Assembly (NCBI GenBank): GCA_004764695.1
Contig: SMSO01000031.1
Coordinates: 7,174,761 to 7,238,760 of the forward strand
DNA: 64,000 nucleotides
Source: Schizochytrium sp. TIO01
Lineage: Eukaryota > Protista > Bigyra: Labyrinthulomycetes
Direction of reading: 5' to 3'
A program made the translations under genes and the position numbers. Each line of letters begins with the position of its first letter. The first letter of the stretch is position 1. Below, one piece after another: positions 1 to 11,900 of the stretch. Below the pieces are notes generated by a model that saw nothing but the letters and a program-made list of their open reading frames with translations, was not told the origin of the DNA and made no database searches.

Positions 1-2
1 TG

Positions 3-3000
3 GGACTCTACCCCATTATCGTCGCAAACATTTCTGTCATCCACGGAGAGGCGGCAGAGACGAACCAAATCACTCTTCGATCATTGAGGAATAAACCAAC
101 CAAGAATGTGCTTGTCGAGCGAACGAAGGCCTGTAAGCTTCTTATCAGCCAAGATGATTTGTTCAACGGGCTTAATGCGTATCTTACGCATGTCGAAGAG
201 CAAGAGTTTGACACAAGAGAAGTATTTGCAGACTTACCTCCATGGCTTGCGCGAAAGGTTGCGTTTGAGCTCTATGGATCTTTATTGCGTGGAAATGCTT
301 CCTGCCAAGATGTTAAATCTCAACAAACTGCTAGAGTAATGCCATCTGATCGGATAAATCGTTCCATCTCTGGTAACAAACTATTCAAAAATGTAGGAGC
401 CGCCTTCCTTGCCGAGGTTTGTGTGAGTCTAAGAGTGGAGTTTGGAGTTGCTGGTTCTGTTCTCATAAGCGCAGGCCAGGAAGCTTCAAATGCATATTTT
501 CTCGTGGATGGTCTTGTCCAGGCTCACGAAAATGGACAAAAAGGATTTGGTGGACCTGGATCTTACTTTGGATTTGAGGACATCATTTGTTCGCGCGCTT
601 ACACGAGCTCAGTAAAAGTTCTTGAGCAATCTATGTTTCTTTGCATCTCGAAGGAAGACTTCACTCAAGCACTTGCAAAATTTCCAGAAGATGGAACCGC
701 ACTTACGAATATCTGCCAGAGAAACTTTCGACGGCGGCCAAGTGACCAGCACAGGGGCTTGAGTACACAGTCTTCAACGTCAAATATGCTTCAATCTTCT
801 TCGCGACGAAGCTCAAACTCGAACCACGAAGCTCCAAGAATGCCAGCAGGAACTCAACATCGAAGATGCAGCGAGGCCAATGTTACGTATCACGCGAGCT
901 TGTTTACACAGTTCAATAAAAGACGTTATGTCGTTCTCCCTCTGACACCTTTACGCCGTAAACTCGAGGTTTTGTCTACACTTGTAACAACTCTGTTACA
1001 AATGCTTATTCCACTGGGCATAGGAACCGTAGCATCAAGTTCTTGCACAATAACTCATGATCCCTGGATTGAGACTCTTCTGTCGCTCAATGCCTTCGGA
1101 GACATTCATGGCATCCTTGATATGATCTTGCATGCATTCTTTATGGCAGATCGCGACCAGAACATGCTGATTGTTGACGCAAGAACCATTTTAAAGCGGT
1201 ACGTACGGAGTAGAAAAGGGTTGATTGATTTTCTTTCATGCGTGCCGATTGATTGGTTATACCTGGCTGCACATGGTGTCTCTGGTAATCTCCACATTGC
1301 TATGCTGATTCGCCTCTTGAAGCTCGTTCGTTTGTTTGAGCTGCAGCGGCACCTGCTAATTCTGGGGCAAATTCTGGATCGGTTCAGACTCAAACATGCA
1401 ACTGTTGAGCTTGTGAGGCTTCTTCTTGTTTTAGTTGTTTTTTCGCATTGGCTGACGTGTATATGGATGCGGTTTTCGAATGTTGACTGGCTTTCTGAGA
1501 ATTGGGCAAGAGAAGATTGTACACTTTCCAATTCATGTTTTGATAATTTAGCAAATGTACATACGTCCAACCAAACTGCATGTAATGCGTTTCGCTCTGA
1601 AAGACTGTATTTACGGGGTCTTTATTGGACCTTGGTAACCCTCAATACAGTAGGATTCGGGGATATTGTACCAACTAACCCGGGCGAGATGCTTTTTGTG
1701 ATTATGGTTATGATTTTGGGAGCAGCGATGTATGCCTTACTTATTGCAGGACTGGCTAGTATTGTGGCGAGTCTGGACCAAACGGCGACGAACCATAAGC
1801 AGTGGAGAGAAGACCTGCAAAGAATGATTTCTGCGCGGGGCCTCCCACAGTCCATAAGGGACAAAGTTCTCTCTTTTGCAGACCAGATGTGGCGTTTCCA
1901 AAGAGGTGGGAGTGTCGAAGATGTAGTGCGCTTCATTCCTCAAAATTTGCAAAGTAGTCTGCTGAAGCAAATGGAAGACGAACAGTTATCTAAAGTTTCA
2001 ATATTCCAAGGATTGCCAAGCGTTTTGATTGATTCGCTCATTTCACGCCTGTCGCCAACGATTTTTGCCCCTGGAGATTATATTTTTCGTGCTGGCCAGC
2101 CTTCATGTGCAATGTACATCCTGTGCAAAGGGGACGTAGCAGTGTACGCTGAAGACAATGTTACAGTTTTGAGCAAGTGTTCTAGCAAAGGTGTGTTTGG
2201 ATTTGACGAATTCTTTGAAGAGCTATCCATGAACACGTCATTACTTGCACAAACATTTTGCACAGTGCTAGTCCTGCGTCAAGAGTGCCTTTCTGCTACT
2301 CTTGATATTTTTCCAGGAGCTGAAAATACGATTCTCGAGAATGTTGAAAAACTCAAATCTACCTCTACAACATTAAAATTAGCCAACAACCTGAAAAATC
2401 GGAAAGTAACGAAGATGATGACATCAGATGCTGAGGCTTTGCGCAAGCAGCTCTCACCAGCAACTCAACCAAACAAACGCTGGCGAGTCATTTGGGAACT
2501 TCAAATGTTCCTCATGACCCTCGGAATTCTTTTCGTTGTTCCATTTCGCATTGGTATTATGGCTTCTACTCAACGCTACAAGCTCGCTGACGGCCTCTTT
2601 GTTTGGTGCACCTTGGAAATTCTCATCGTTAACGGGATGAGTGTCATAGATATGGTTTTACATGCAAGGTACTTTGCATTCTTCCGCGAAGGCTCTATTA
2701 TATCAGATAGAGGGGCCTTGTGGACACATTACAAATCCACATGGTTCTGGCTTGATTTGATTGCAACCATCCCCTGGGATTTGGTGGTTCTTTTCCTAGC
2801 AGTAACCTCCGATGACAAAGTTGGATATTTCCAGTGGTGGAGTATAGCTCGTATACCTACACTTGTCCGCTCCCGTCGCATCAGCTATTATTACTATGGC
2901 TTGCTTGATTATTACTTGAATCTCATGAGGATTGAATTTAGTGCGATGGTATTTCGAATCACCTTCAAATGCTTTTATTGGCTAACCTTAGCGCACTGGG

Positions 3001-4032
3001 TTGCTTGCCTATGGTATGGCATTGCAACCTGGGAAGGCCTCGATGTTTCGTGGGCCCATATGGAGATGAATCAACTTGATCAAACAAACAATAATGTTGC
3101 ACCAGGTACTGCGTACCTGCGTTCTTTATATTGGTCAATTACTTTACTTACAACAGTAGGCTATGGAGATATTGTACCCAGCACACTTCCGGAGACTTGC
3201 TTTGCGGTCGTTGTTTTGCTTGTGAGTCTCTACATGTATGTTGATATAGTTGCAAATGTAAGCACACTTCTCTCAAATATAGATAGTTCAGCATCACGAC
3301 AGAAGACTGTCCGTGAAGCTGTACGCCAGCACCTCATGGCAAAGCATACTCCAGAAGCAATATTGCAAATTGTGGACGATTTTTTCCAATCCAACACTCT
3401 ACTTGCTCGGTATGGTATCTCTGAGCCAGAACTTCTTAACACTCTTCCAGAAACAATGCGACGAGACATTCTCATATTCATGCACATTGATAAATTGCAA
3501 AGGGCGCCATGCTTTCTAAACATCTCGCGTCCTATGTTATATGAGTTTGCTGTAAAAATGAATCATCGCACATTGGTGCCGGGTGATACGCTTGGTTACG
3601 AGGGATCAGTTGCTATGGAGCTTGGAATTCTTGTTGCCGGGAGCATGCAGCTATTAGCGTTAAACTCAGACTCTGAGTCAGATATTCCTCATATCGGCAA
3701 CTTTAATACATTCGCAGGGGACGTTCAAGAGACCAATGATTTCGAAAAGCCGGTGCACGAAACAGATCGGATGATTCTTGGCCAGTGTGTAGCCAAGCCC
3801 ATCCATACCTCTGATTTAATTGGTCTTGAAATTCTTGCAGGAACAAATGATGATTGCAACACCTGTAGCACTTAGCGTGTGCGAGATCTATGTTCTTTCT
3901 CGCGCAAATCTTAATGAAATCATGCATCGTATGTCGGACGCTGATTGCATGCTCATTCATAGACAAGCTTCTGAGGAGGTTGCAAAGCTTGAGAAGTCCG
4001 AGGACTTCAAGCCATATAATATCGCCTCGTAA
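3..4032 (+). CDS. Tandem multi-repeat cyclic-nucleotide-binding-domain K+ channel (KCNH/HCN/CNGK-like); 5' end lies outside the window; +1 frameshift near 3845
   Basis: The frame is open from base 3 (GLYPIIVANISVIHG, S6-like), followed by a C-linker and CNBD, then two full 6TM units with filters TVGFGD (1647-1664) and TVGYGD (3153-3170), each followed by a C-linker and CNBD. The last CNBD continues in the +1 frame (ATPVALSVCEIYVLSRANL) to TAA at 4032. Confidence 0.9.
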
Positions 4033-4269
4033 AAGTAGATGAAGAATAACTTACAAAAATATATGAAAACTTCTCCTCTCCTTTTCTCCACCTTTTCTAT
4101 ATTCTGTCTTTTCAATTTATTCAAGCACTCGATGTTCTAGCTTTTCTCGATGGATATCTCCTCTTGGGATAGATGTCCATGCTAGCTTTGGCGAGCATTT
4201 ACGTGCAAATAATACAAATTTTCAAAGGGAAGCGGTCATACAAAACAGGTGATGTTGACTTCCGCATTA

Positions 4270-6042
4270 CTAAAGTAGGGCTTGTTCCTCTAGCCAGGCA
4301 GTTGTTGGTGAAATATTTCGATCCCCAAAGGCTACACGAGAAAGCTCTGCAGCAGATTTATATAAAGATTTTGCTTCGTCACTGATCCCCCATAATACAA
4401 GAGACTTAGCAAGACGAATCCTCAGGTCAACTCGAGCATTCATCGCACGAGGAGCAATCGTATCAACACAGTCAACAACACTTGTCCAAAGGCCATGAGC
4501 AAGCTTCGCACGGTCTACGTCCAAAGCATCGGCCTGCTCCTCCAATTGAGTTCCTATTTCTGAAGCAAACCGCAAATAGGTTTCACAAATAAGGTAATGC
4601 TCCCTGTGAATGAAACACTTTAACAAGAGTTCGTCTGCCTCTTGCCTTGTTCCTAGGCCATGATGAAATAAAGTTCTCTCTTGCATAACGCAGCGAGCCC
4701 ATTCTGATTGATTAAGTGTCCTGTTGCACGCAAGGCACTTCCAACTAGATGGCACTGCGCCTTTCCCTATTGGGGATATTACATGTTTGAGACCAGTTCC
4801 AGCTTGCAAGCTTGCGGAGACTGTGGCAACAAAGTGTTCTGCAATTTTCGGCATACTGTCAGTAGGTTGCATCGATAGCTTTCTGCTTAGCACCGCCGTC
4901 TCTGCCGGACATACAAATGAACGGCAGCGATCAGGAAGCAGGGTACACAATCGGCAATTGCATTCAGAAATTTCACATGTGTCTCTAATAATCTTAGCAC
5001 GCTCGCTTGCAGGCCGCAGAGCAGCATTTCCACAATAGTCTATACAAACTGCGTGTCCTTGTTTGATTGGCTCAAGTGCAAATAATGTTAGCTTACCATC
5101 TTGCATACACAATTCTACATTAGGCATACAGCTGTGCCTACAAAAGCTGGAAAGGGCAAATACAGCATAGCGCATCGTTTTGTGTATAGAAACACATGGT
5201 TGAACTCGTTCCTCAACCTCAAAAAGTGTTAGTACAAATGCAAGGCTTGAGAGCCGAGTCTGATCTCGAAGGAATGGTGGCAAAACTTCATATAGAAGAG
5301 CATGGTTGAGAACTGCCTCCGCCTCGGATTGGAAAACACTCGGATCACCAAACACCTTAATGAGGCTGTTGATAGCTTGTGCTTGATATTGTGCTACTTG
5401 TCTATCCCTTGAGTTCATTAGAATTACTACATGAACCAAGAGTTGTGGTAATCTGTCAGTAACATCAACATGAAAGCATTCAGCGAGTTCGAGGACAAGG
5501 CAGTCTGTATTCTCTGTCACTGGTGATGGGTAAGCGCTCAAAAACTCTTTGCAGATCCAGCTGTGATGTTTGTCAGAGCCACACCAAAGGCATAGACCGC
5601 TCTTGAGGTCTCGAACTTCGACAATCCTTGAAATTGGTTGTTCCTCCATCAAAACTAGCTCACCCTCACAAATATCCTTAGTAGTGACCAAGCAAATCTC
5701 TTCAAATCCCCTTTGTCGCTTCGGTTGTGTACCTCTTGCGACGATATCCAGAACATCAACTTCAGCTTCTCCAAGCTCTACTGGGCCGTGACACTTGCTT
5801 CGGACCCAGTCGCAATTCCGTCTAGAATCTGGCGAAATGTCATTCATCAAAGCTTTAAGTTCAGAGATTGATTGAGCCTTTTGGCCACTAAAACCAAGTC
5901 CTTTTGATCGCAATATCTTTCTTCGGGATCCTGACGCACCAGCATGGTTTATCCTATTCTCGAGAAGCCCTTCAGCCTCCTCTGAGCCAGGGGCCGAGGC
6001 GTCCGCCCCTTGCGGCTCGAGGCCTGGCCACGACCACCGCAT
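4270..6042 (-). CDS. SMYD-type split SET-domain protein (putative lysine methyltransferase)
   Basis: N-SET LVTTKDICEGELVLMEEQP, Cys/His remnant CLWC..HH..C, C-SET FALSSFCRHSCMPN..ALEPIKQGHAVCIDY, post-SET CNCRLC and a helical TPR-like C-terminus. First in-frame ATG is at 6042; the ORF track begins at GTG 6234. Confidence 0.82.
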   Translation of the reverse strand: MRWSWPGLEPQGADASAPGSEEAEGLLENRINHAGASGSRRKILRSKGLGFSGQKAQSISELKALMNDISPDSRRNCDWVRSKCHGPVELGEAEVDVLDIVARGTQPKRQRGFEEICLVTTKDICEGELVLMEEQPISRIVEVRDLKSGLCLWCGSDKHHSWICKEFLSAYPSPVTENTDCLVLELAECFHVDVTDRLPQLLVHVVILMNSRDRQVAQYQAQAINSLIKVFGDPSVFQSEAEAVLNHALLYEVLPPFLRDQTRLSSLAFVLTLFEVEERVQPCVSIHKTMRYAVFALSSFCRHSCMPNVELCMQDGKLTLFALEPIKQGHAVCIDYCGNAALRPASERAKIIRDTCEISECNCRLCTLLPDRCRSFVCPAETAVLSRKLSMQPTDSMPKIAEHFVATVSASLQAGTGLKHVISPIGKGAVPSSWKCLACNRTLNQSEWARCVMQERTLFHHGLGTRQEADELLLKCFIHREHYLICETYLRFASEIGTQLEEQADALDVDRAKLAHGLWTSVVDCVDTIAPRAMNARVDLRIRLAKSLVLWGISDEAKSLYKSAAELSRVAFGDRNISPTTAWLEEQALL

Positions 6043-6258
6043 CCCGCCCAGGCCCACCACACGACACGGAAGGCAGTCGAGCGACTGAGTGAGTTGAGGG
6101 CGAGCGAGCGAGCTGCCCCAAGTGCCAACCCGAGCGTCACAGAGATAGACTTTGATACAGGTTTGCGCTCTCGAAGCGCGTGCCTGCAAAGATGAACATC
6201 GTTCCAGAAGTGCCCAAAGTTCCAGGAGTGCCACTGTAAAATGTGGTACCCCATCCAG

Positions 6259-6260
6259 GA

Positions 6261-6330
<70 letters not shown>
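6259..6330. repeat. (GAAA)18 microsatellite
   Basis: Perfect tetranucleotide array seen directly. Confidence 0.97.
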
Positions 6331-6331
<1 letters not shown>

Positions 6332-8067
6332 GAGAGGTCCAGTAAGCCTAGTAAATGGTTAGCTGAGTATTACCTAGTAAGCATTTTAAAATTAAAGTAC
6401 AATAAAAATGAGTTCCAATGGATCTAATGAAAAGCTCCGGAAGAGGTCACTACAAAACTTGAGCAAACGTGGATCCAGGAGTCTGTATCGTCCGGCCAGG
6501 TCACGTACGCTCGCAGATAGCTTGATAAGGAGCCTGTATGTACTTGGAGACTGTCTGCCTGATTAGAGCATTGATGGCTTTGCATTGGAAAATGTGGAAA
6601 ACCCCGTAACTCGCGACACCAAACTTAAGGTTAAGATCTACAGTAGGTAGGGTAGTATTTGATGAGAGGTATGGTGGCGAAGAAATGAAATAATTTATGC
6701 AGGGTACGTACCAGGAGAGCGAAATCGTAGAAAACGAAGGGCGTAGAATCAGCACCAGAAATCAACTCGAAGAAGATAGCCTCCATCTGCAATGCATTCG
6801 TCTCTCGAAAACGGGTTGTGCCATTGCAAGCGAGTGCTGAAAAGAAATGGAGTGCGACGGCATCCGTTTCCTGTTCAGTGAGGAGAGCTATCATGCATCG
6901 ACTGCTGATCTTGAGCTCCCCAAGCTAGCTACTTCTACTTTCATGGCAGACGCCAACGAGGTCGCGGAGGGGAGATCGTCGAATTGATTTCGATTGTTGA
7001 AGATGGTTGAAACAGCCTCCATCAATGCAAAGCAACAGAGGAAGAACCTTGTCTTTCTTGAGATTTATAAAACCGTTCTTGACCTAGTGAGAGTCTTCTG
7101 CTCTGCTCCAAATAAGTTCTTCAAGTAGTGGCCAGCCACGAGTCTGAGAAAACACGTTATACCCTTCTAGAGAGTCGCATCGCACGTCGTTCTGGCAGAG
7201 TCAGACTTAATCTCTACAGTGTAGAAGGACGGCCCTCCAAAAAGCACAATAGGAGGGAAGAATAAAATCTCGCCACAATCTCGCGCAGAGTCTGCTCGAC
7301 GACCAACCCAGAATTGATCGCAGGCAGGCACGCACTCCCTTTCTAAAGATTGTCACCCTGAGCAGAACTGCGATAAGTTCGCCATTGCAAAGTGCTGAAT
7401 GGTCCGCGATAGTGCGGGGCTAAGAAACCAGCGACTTCAACGCATGCATGTGCTGAAAATGTCCATTCTGATCCTCTCTCACTTGCAAAGACAGTGAGTG
7501 AGCTGAGCCAATTTGATTAAAGGCAATTTTAACTTTAAAAAATCCCAAAAAACTTCTAGTTCAATCAAAAAAGAATTGCAAATAAGTAAGTTTTGATTTC
7601 TCTCCAGTTTATTACATTTTTACTTAATAAATGTACGTACGTATGTATGTATGCACGTACGTATGTAAGTAAGAACCTCTTTAGTATCTAAACCTGCAGG
7701 CAGTCAATCAATCCCCAATCCTGCAGAGTCATGTACACATTGGGCAGAGTCTACAGACGAGGTCTCCAGGCCGAAGGTGGACTAGGCAGCCCGCGCCATA
7801 TGGCCTCGACCATGCTGGTCCTGGCGCAAGAATCCAAAGTTGAGCATTCGTTTCGGTTCGAAGCATCCTAAGTTCTACTGAGGGTAGGTAAGTGAGACCT
7901 GAAACGAAGCGAGCGCTTGAAAAGGCGTGGAAGAAGGGATTCCGAACTCCACGAGTGAGAGCCTCTTCTGCACTGGCCTCTGCCCTTTGCATCAGCCAGC
8001 ATCTGCCCTGTTCTTCCTTCCCCTCGCCACATTAGATCCCGCTGGCGGTTGTGACAAACGAAGGTCA

Positions 8068-8122
8068 ATGATTCATGATTCATGATTCATGATTCATGAT
8101 TCATGATTCATGATTCATGATT
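8068..8122. repeat. (ATGATTC)n heptamer microsatellite, about 8 copies
   Basis: Seen directly. The same unit occurs in reverse-complement orientation at about 35430-35512. Confidence 0.95.
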
Positions 8123-8926
8123 TATGTTGATAAGAGGGGAAAGAGGGAAAACTTCCTCATGTCTTTATCTGAGAAAGCCTGGTAGGAGCCGTATGGGGGT
8201 AACAGTAGGAGTGACGATCGTCACGTCACGGTCGAAATTTGAACAAAAGCCAAAAAAGTACTAAGGGTAAAAAAGAGAAGACAAAAGACGAAGCGAAGGC
8301 AAAGCAAAATTTGAAAAAGCGGCCACGCCGAGGCGAGCTCTCGCAGGCGCGGACGCTCCGCTGGGGCCCGCAAGGATCACTGCGCCGGGAGGTACGGCTC
8401 GGGGGGGCACTCTTTTTACTCACGGGACGACGCGGTCCTCGAATTGCTGTTGCTCTAGCTAGCTGCCCGGGCTAGTTTCCTGTCCTCCTCGACGCGCACG
8501 GCGGTCGCTCCGACGCCCGTCTTTGCTGTGCGAAGCTCGAAAATAAACACGCCGAAGATTTCTGGCGCTGAGGGCACTACATGGACGAGACCTTGCAGAG
8601 TGAAAAGACACGAGCGAAGGCCTGTAGGATAGTTTTCTGACTTTCGACGATTCTTTAGTAACTTGGAGGGGTTCTTTGATATTTAGCAAATAACTCACTT
8701 ACGCCAAAGTTTCGCCCTGACCTTTTCTTACTCCTCCACCTTGAACTACTCTCTTAGCACTTTGTCTTTGGGACTATTGGTATTATAGACGCTCGTATTC
8801 TGTGGATTCGCGAGTTCTGGGTTCAGGACTTGATCTAGGGAAAATCAGAAAAATTACGCAGAATTATAGGTTAAATCGCGAGGCGAGCCTGGAGGTGCAG
8901 CTGTTTAGCCCAGCTTGGGCGCTACA

Positions 8927-11900
8927 ATGCTTTCCAGCATTGTAAAAAAGCTCGTGAACAGATTTCTTAATGATTACGTTGAAGGCGAGTTCGATGTTGG
9001 CGTAAGCTTTTTTGGCAAACATGCCGTTGACCTCGAGCACCTTGAACTCAAATGCGGTACTCTGAATGACCTCATTTTTCGAGAGAATTTACCATTTCGA
9101 TTCGAAAAGCTGTACATCGGCCACGCGCTATTGGATATTCCGTTTTCACATTTGGGTTCCCAGCCTGTCAAACTAAGTATAAAAAATGCCCTCGCGGTCG
9201 TGAAAATGCAACTGGAGGGCTATTGGAATGAAGTAATTGCAGAAAGTGATATTAAAGAGGGACTGAAGAATGCCCTTCTTTCCTTGCTAAAGGAGATTCA
9301 CCCAGATTCAGAGGTAACTCCTCTTTCAGAAAGCCCAGGGTTGTATTTTTCAAGCGAGGGAATGCTTAATCGTACCATTACGCGAGTCATCGACAACTTA
9401 GAAATTCATATTGAGAATATCAGTGTCCGCGTTGAAGTTCCATGTGTCGATGATCAAGAAATTGCTCTTAATACCTATGACGGTGGTCGGTTCCAGGGAA
9501 ATGCCGACACAGAGGGTCACCTGTATCATGGTGGGTTTCCACTCCACTGGGACGCAATGGTACAGGATGTTTCGGTACTCGACTTAACTATTGCAGCAGC
9601 TAGGCTCATCACTACCGACGAAAACTGGGAGCGTCATTTCGATGATGACTGCGACTACATTGTATACAAGCTATTTAAAATACTAGGCCTCGAAGTAACT
9701 TTTGGCCACCGGGACTGGGCCATGCAACGCATCGTCGACGACGCAGCTAGAAGTCGTGGCGCCAAGACCCTTTCTGTACGCGAATATTACGAACTTTACT
9801 TGAAACATCAAACTCATTCCCAAAGCGTTCGTCCTCTATTAAGCCCTGTTAACCTTGAATTACGAGCTAAACTTAATACAGCTTTTACTGTGGGAGCAGC
9901 AGAACCTCATCGAATGGATGCAGAACTGAAGGTAACCCCTGTCTGCCTCGCGGTCGGTGAAGATGAGCTTGTCTTTCTCATGCAAATTTTGGCGCATAAT
10001 GGACGGCATGGACAGTGGCTCGAGCGGATCAGGCAAAGGCAACAGCGGATTAATGCAGCTTGGATTGAAGATTGGAGGAAAACGCGCGCCCAAGATGCGT
10101 TAGAAGAATACATGACGTTTTGTAATAGACGTGCGCGTATCCTTACACGAGTTACAGACCCAACAGAACGTAACCGCCGCTTCGAAGAGCTTCAGAAAAA
10201 TCCAGACCTCATTGAACTAGAGAAGCACCTTCCCTTGGAAGTTCTTGTTGATGCTATCCGTGAGGCTGGCGAGCGTGCCCAGGAGACCCGTGATTTTAAG
10301 CTCCAGCCATTCCAATCGCAAGAGTCATTCAAATCGGAAGACCAAGATCAGCATGTGGAACAGCACTGGAGCAAACCAGGATCTGTCAGTTCTCCAAGTC
10401 GTCTATTGCGCCCTCACGATGCGGTGGTATCCGGCACTGGCTGGCAAAAGGAATTAGCTTCATCCCTCGAAAGCGAATTCGTTGGCACAACAACATCAAA
10501 AGGTCGCCTCGCAAAACCAGGGTTGGACCCTGACGAAATTGAGATCACCTTTGGTGAGGGCGCACTCGGCCTTGTGCTTGATCAAAATTTCCAAAACGAC
10601 TCAGTTGTCGTAGCGGGCTGCATTGCTGGTTCTCAAGCTGCCCGAACTCGCATGCTAGAACAAGGCATGGTGATTACTGCGATTGGTAATTACGACGTCA
10701 CTGATCTTTCTGTAGAAGAAACATTATCCAAATTACGTAATGGACGACGTCCCATGCGGGTTCGGTTCAGAGGCTCCGAGAAAGCAGCGCGTATGGCAGC
10801 AAACTTTGTCAAAGGAAGTGTAGTGAATTTCATCAGAGGAACAATTGCAATTGACAGCGTAGATGCCACACTCTTTGCAGGAGCTGAGGACCGCTCTCTC
10901 TGTGTTGGACGGCTTATTGGCATAGTATGCTCCTTTGATACGAAATCTGCAGGAGCTGCTGTTGGTCCAATGGAACGTCTCTCTCATATTGTCAATATTG
11001 ATCTGAACCTCGGTATTGTACACGCTGACATTATCAGTGCATTACCTTCGTCCATAGCAAGTGATATGAAGGCGCCCATTCATATTGTTAGCAGTGCATG
11101 TGAATTTGATCAAGATGGTATGCTCGAACCTTTGCCACAACGGGGCCCTCCACCTGATTATGATTTTGATATTAATTGGAATCCCTTCGACCACGTTGAT
11201 GACAAATCTGTCGGGGCATTTTTAGAGGATCGTCGTTGGATTTACAGCTGCTTTGTCGGATCTCTGCTAGTTTGGGATCGGCGGAGACTACATCACGTGA
11301 AGGAGGAGCTACCAGACAGGGATTCTGAGGAAGAATCAAACGCCGCATTTTCGCAGATTCTAACGGATATTGACAGCTTCGAAGCTTGGCGGGCACAGTC
11401 AACTATAGTCTGGCGGAACCTTATTTTAGCTTCTGGGACAAGGCATTTTACAGTTGTTCCGTCGGAGGAATTACCACCATTACTTGAATATAGCCTGCGT
11501 ATTCAGAGGCTAACAAACTGTTTGGAGGTCTGTCAGCGCCGGCCCTTTGCAAACCTCAGTTTGAGTCTTAGTTTTCCAGATCCAACCATGCGGCCTACAG
11601 ATCCAGATCAAGATTTTAATATTGAGGACGATCATGAAAATGTTGAAGAGCATGGTCTTGAGGCTGATGTCATTCCTCAAAGTCAATCCAAAGAAAAATA
11701 TCACATCGAAATACCTTTTACCTACGTGGCACTGCGAGGTTCAGTTAGTGATATTGAGCTGTGTATGCAAGAAGAGGTATTTCCCAAGCTTGCGGAGTTT
11801 GGAAACTCATTAAGTGCGCGTACTTCACCTTTCCAAGGGCACAAGGTTCCTGGAACTGTGTTAGAACCTCCGGATTATACAGATCCTGCCTCATTGTCAT

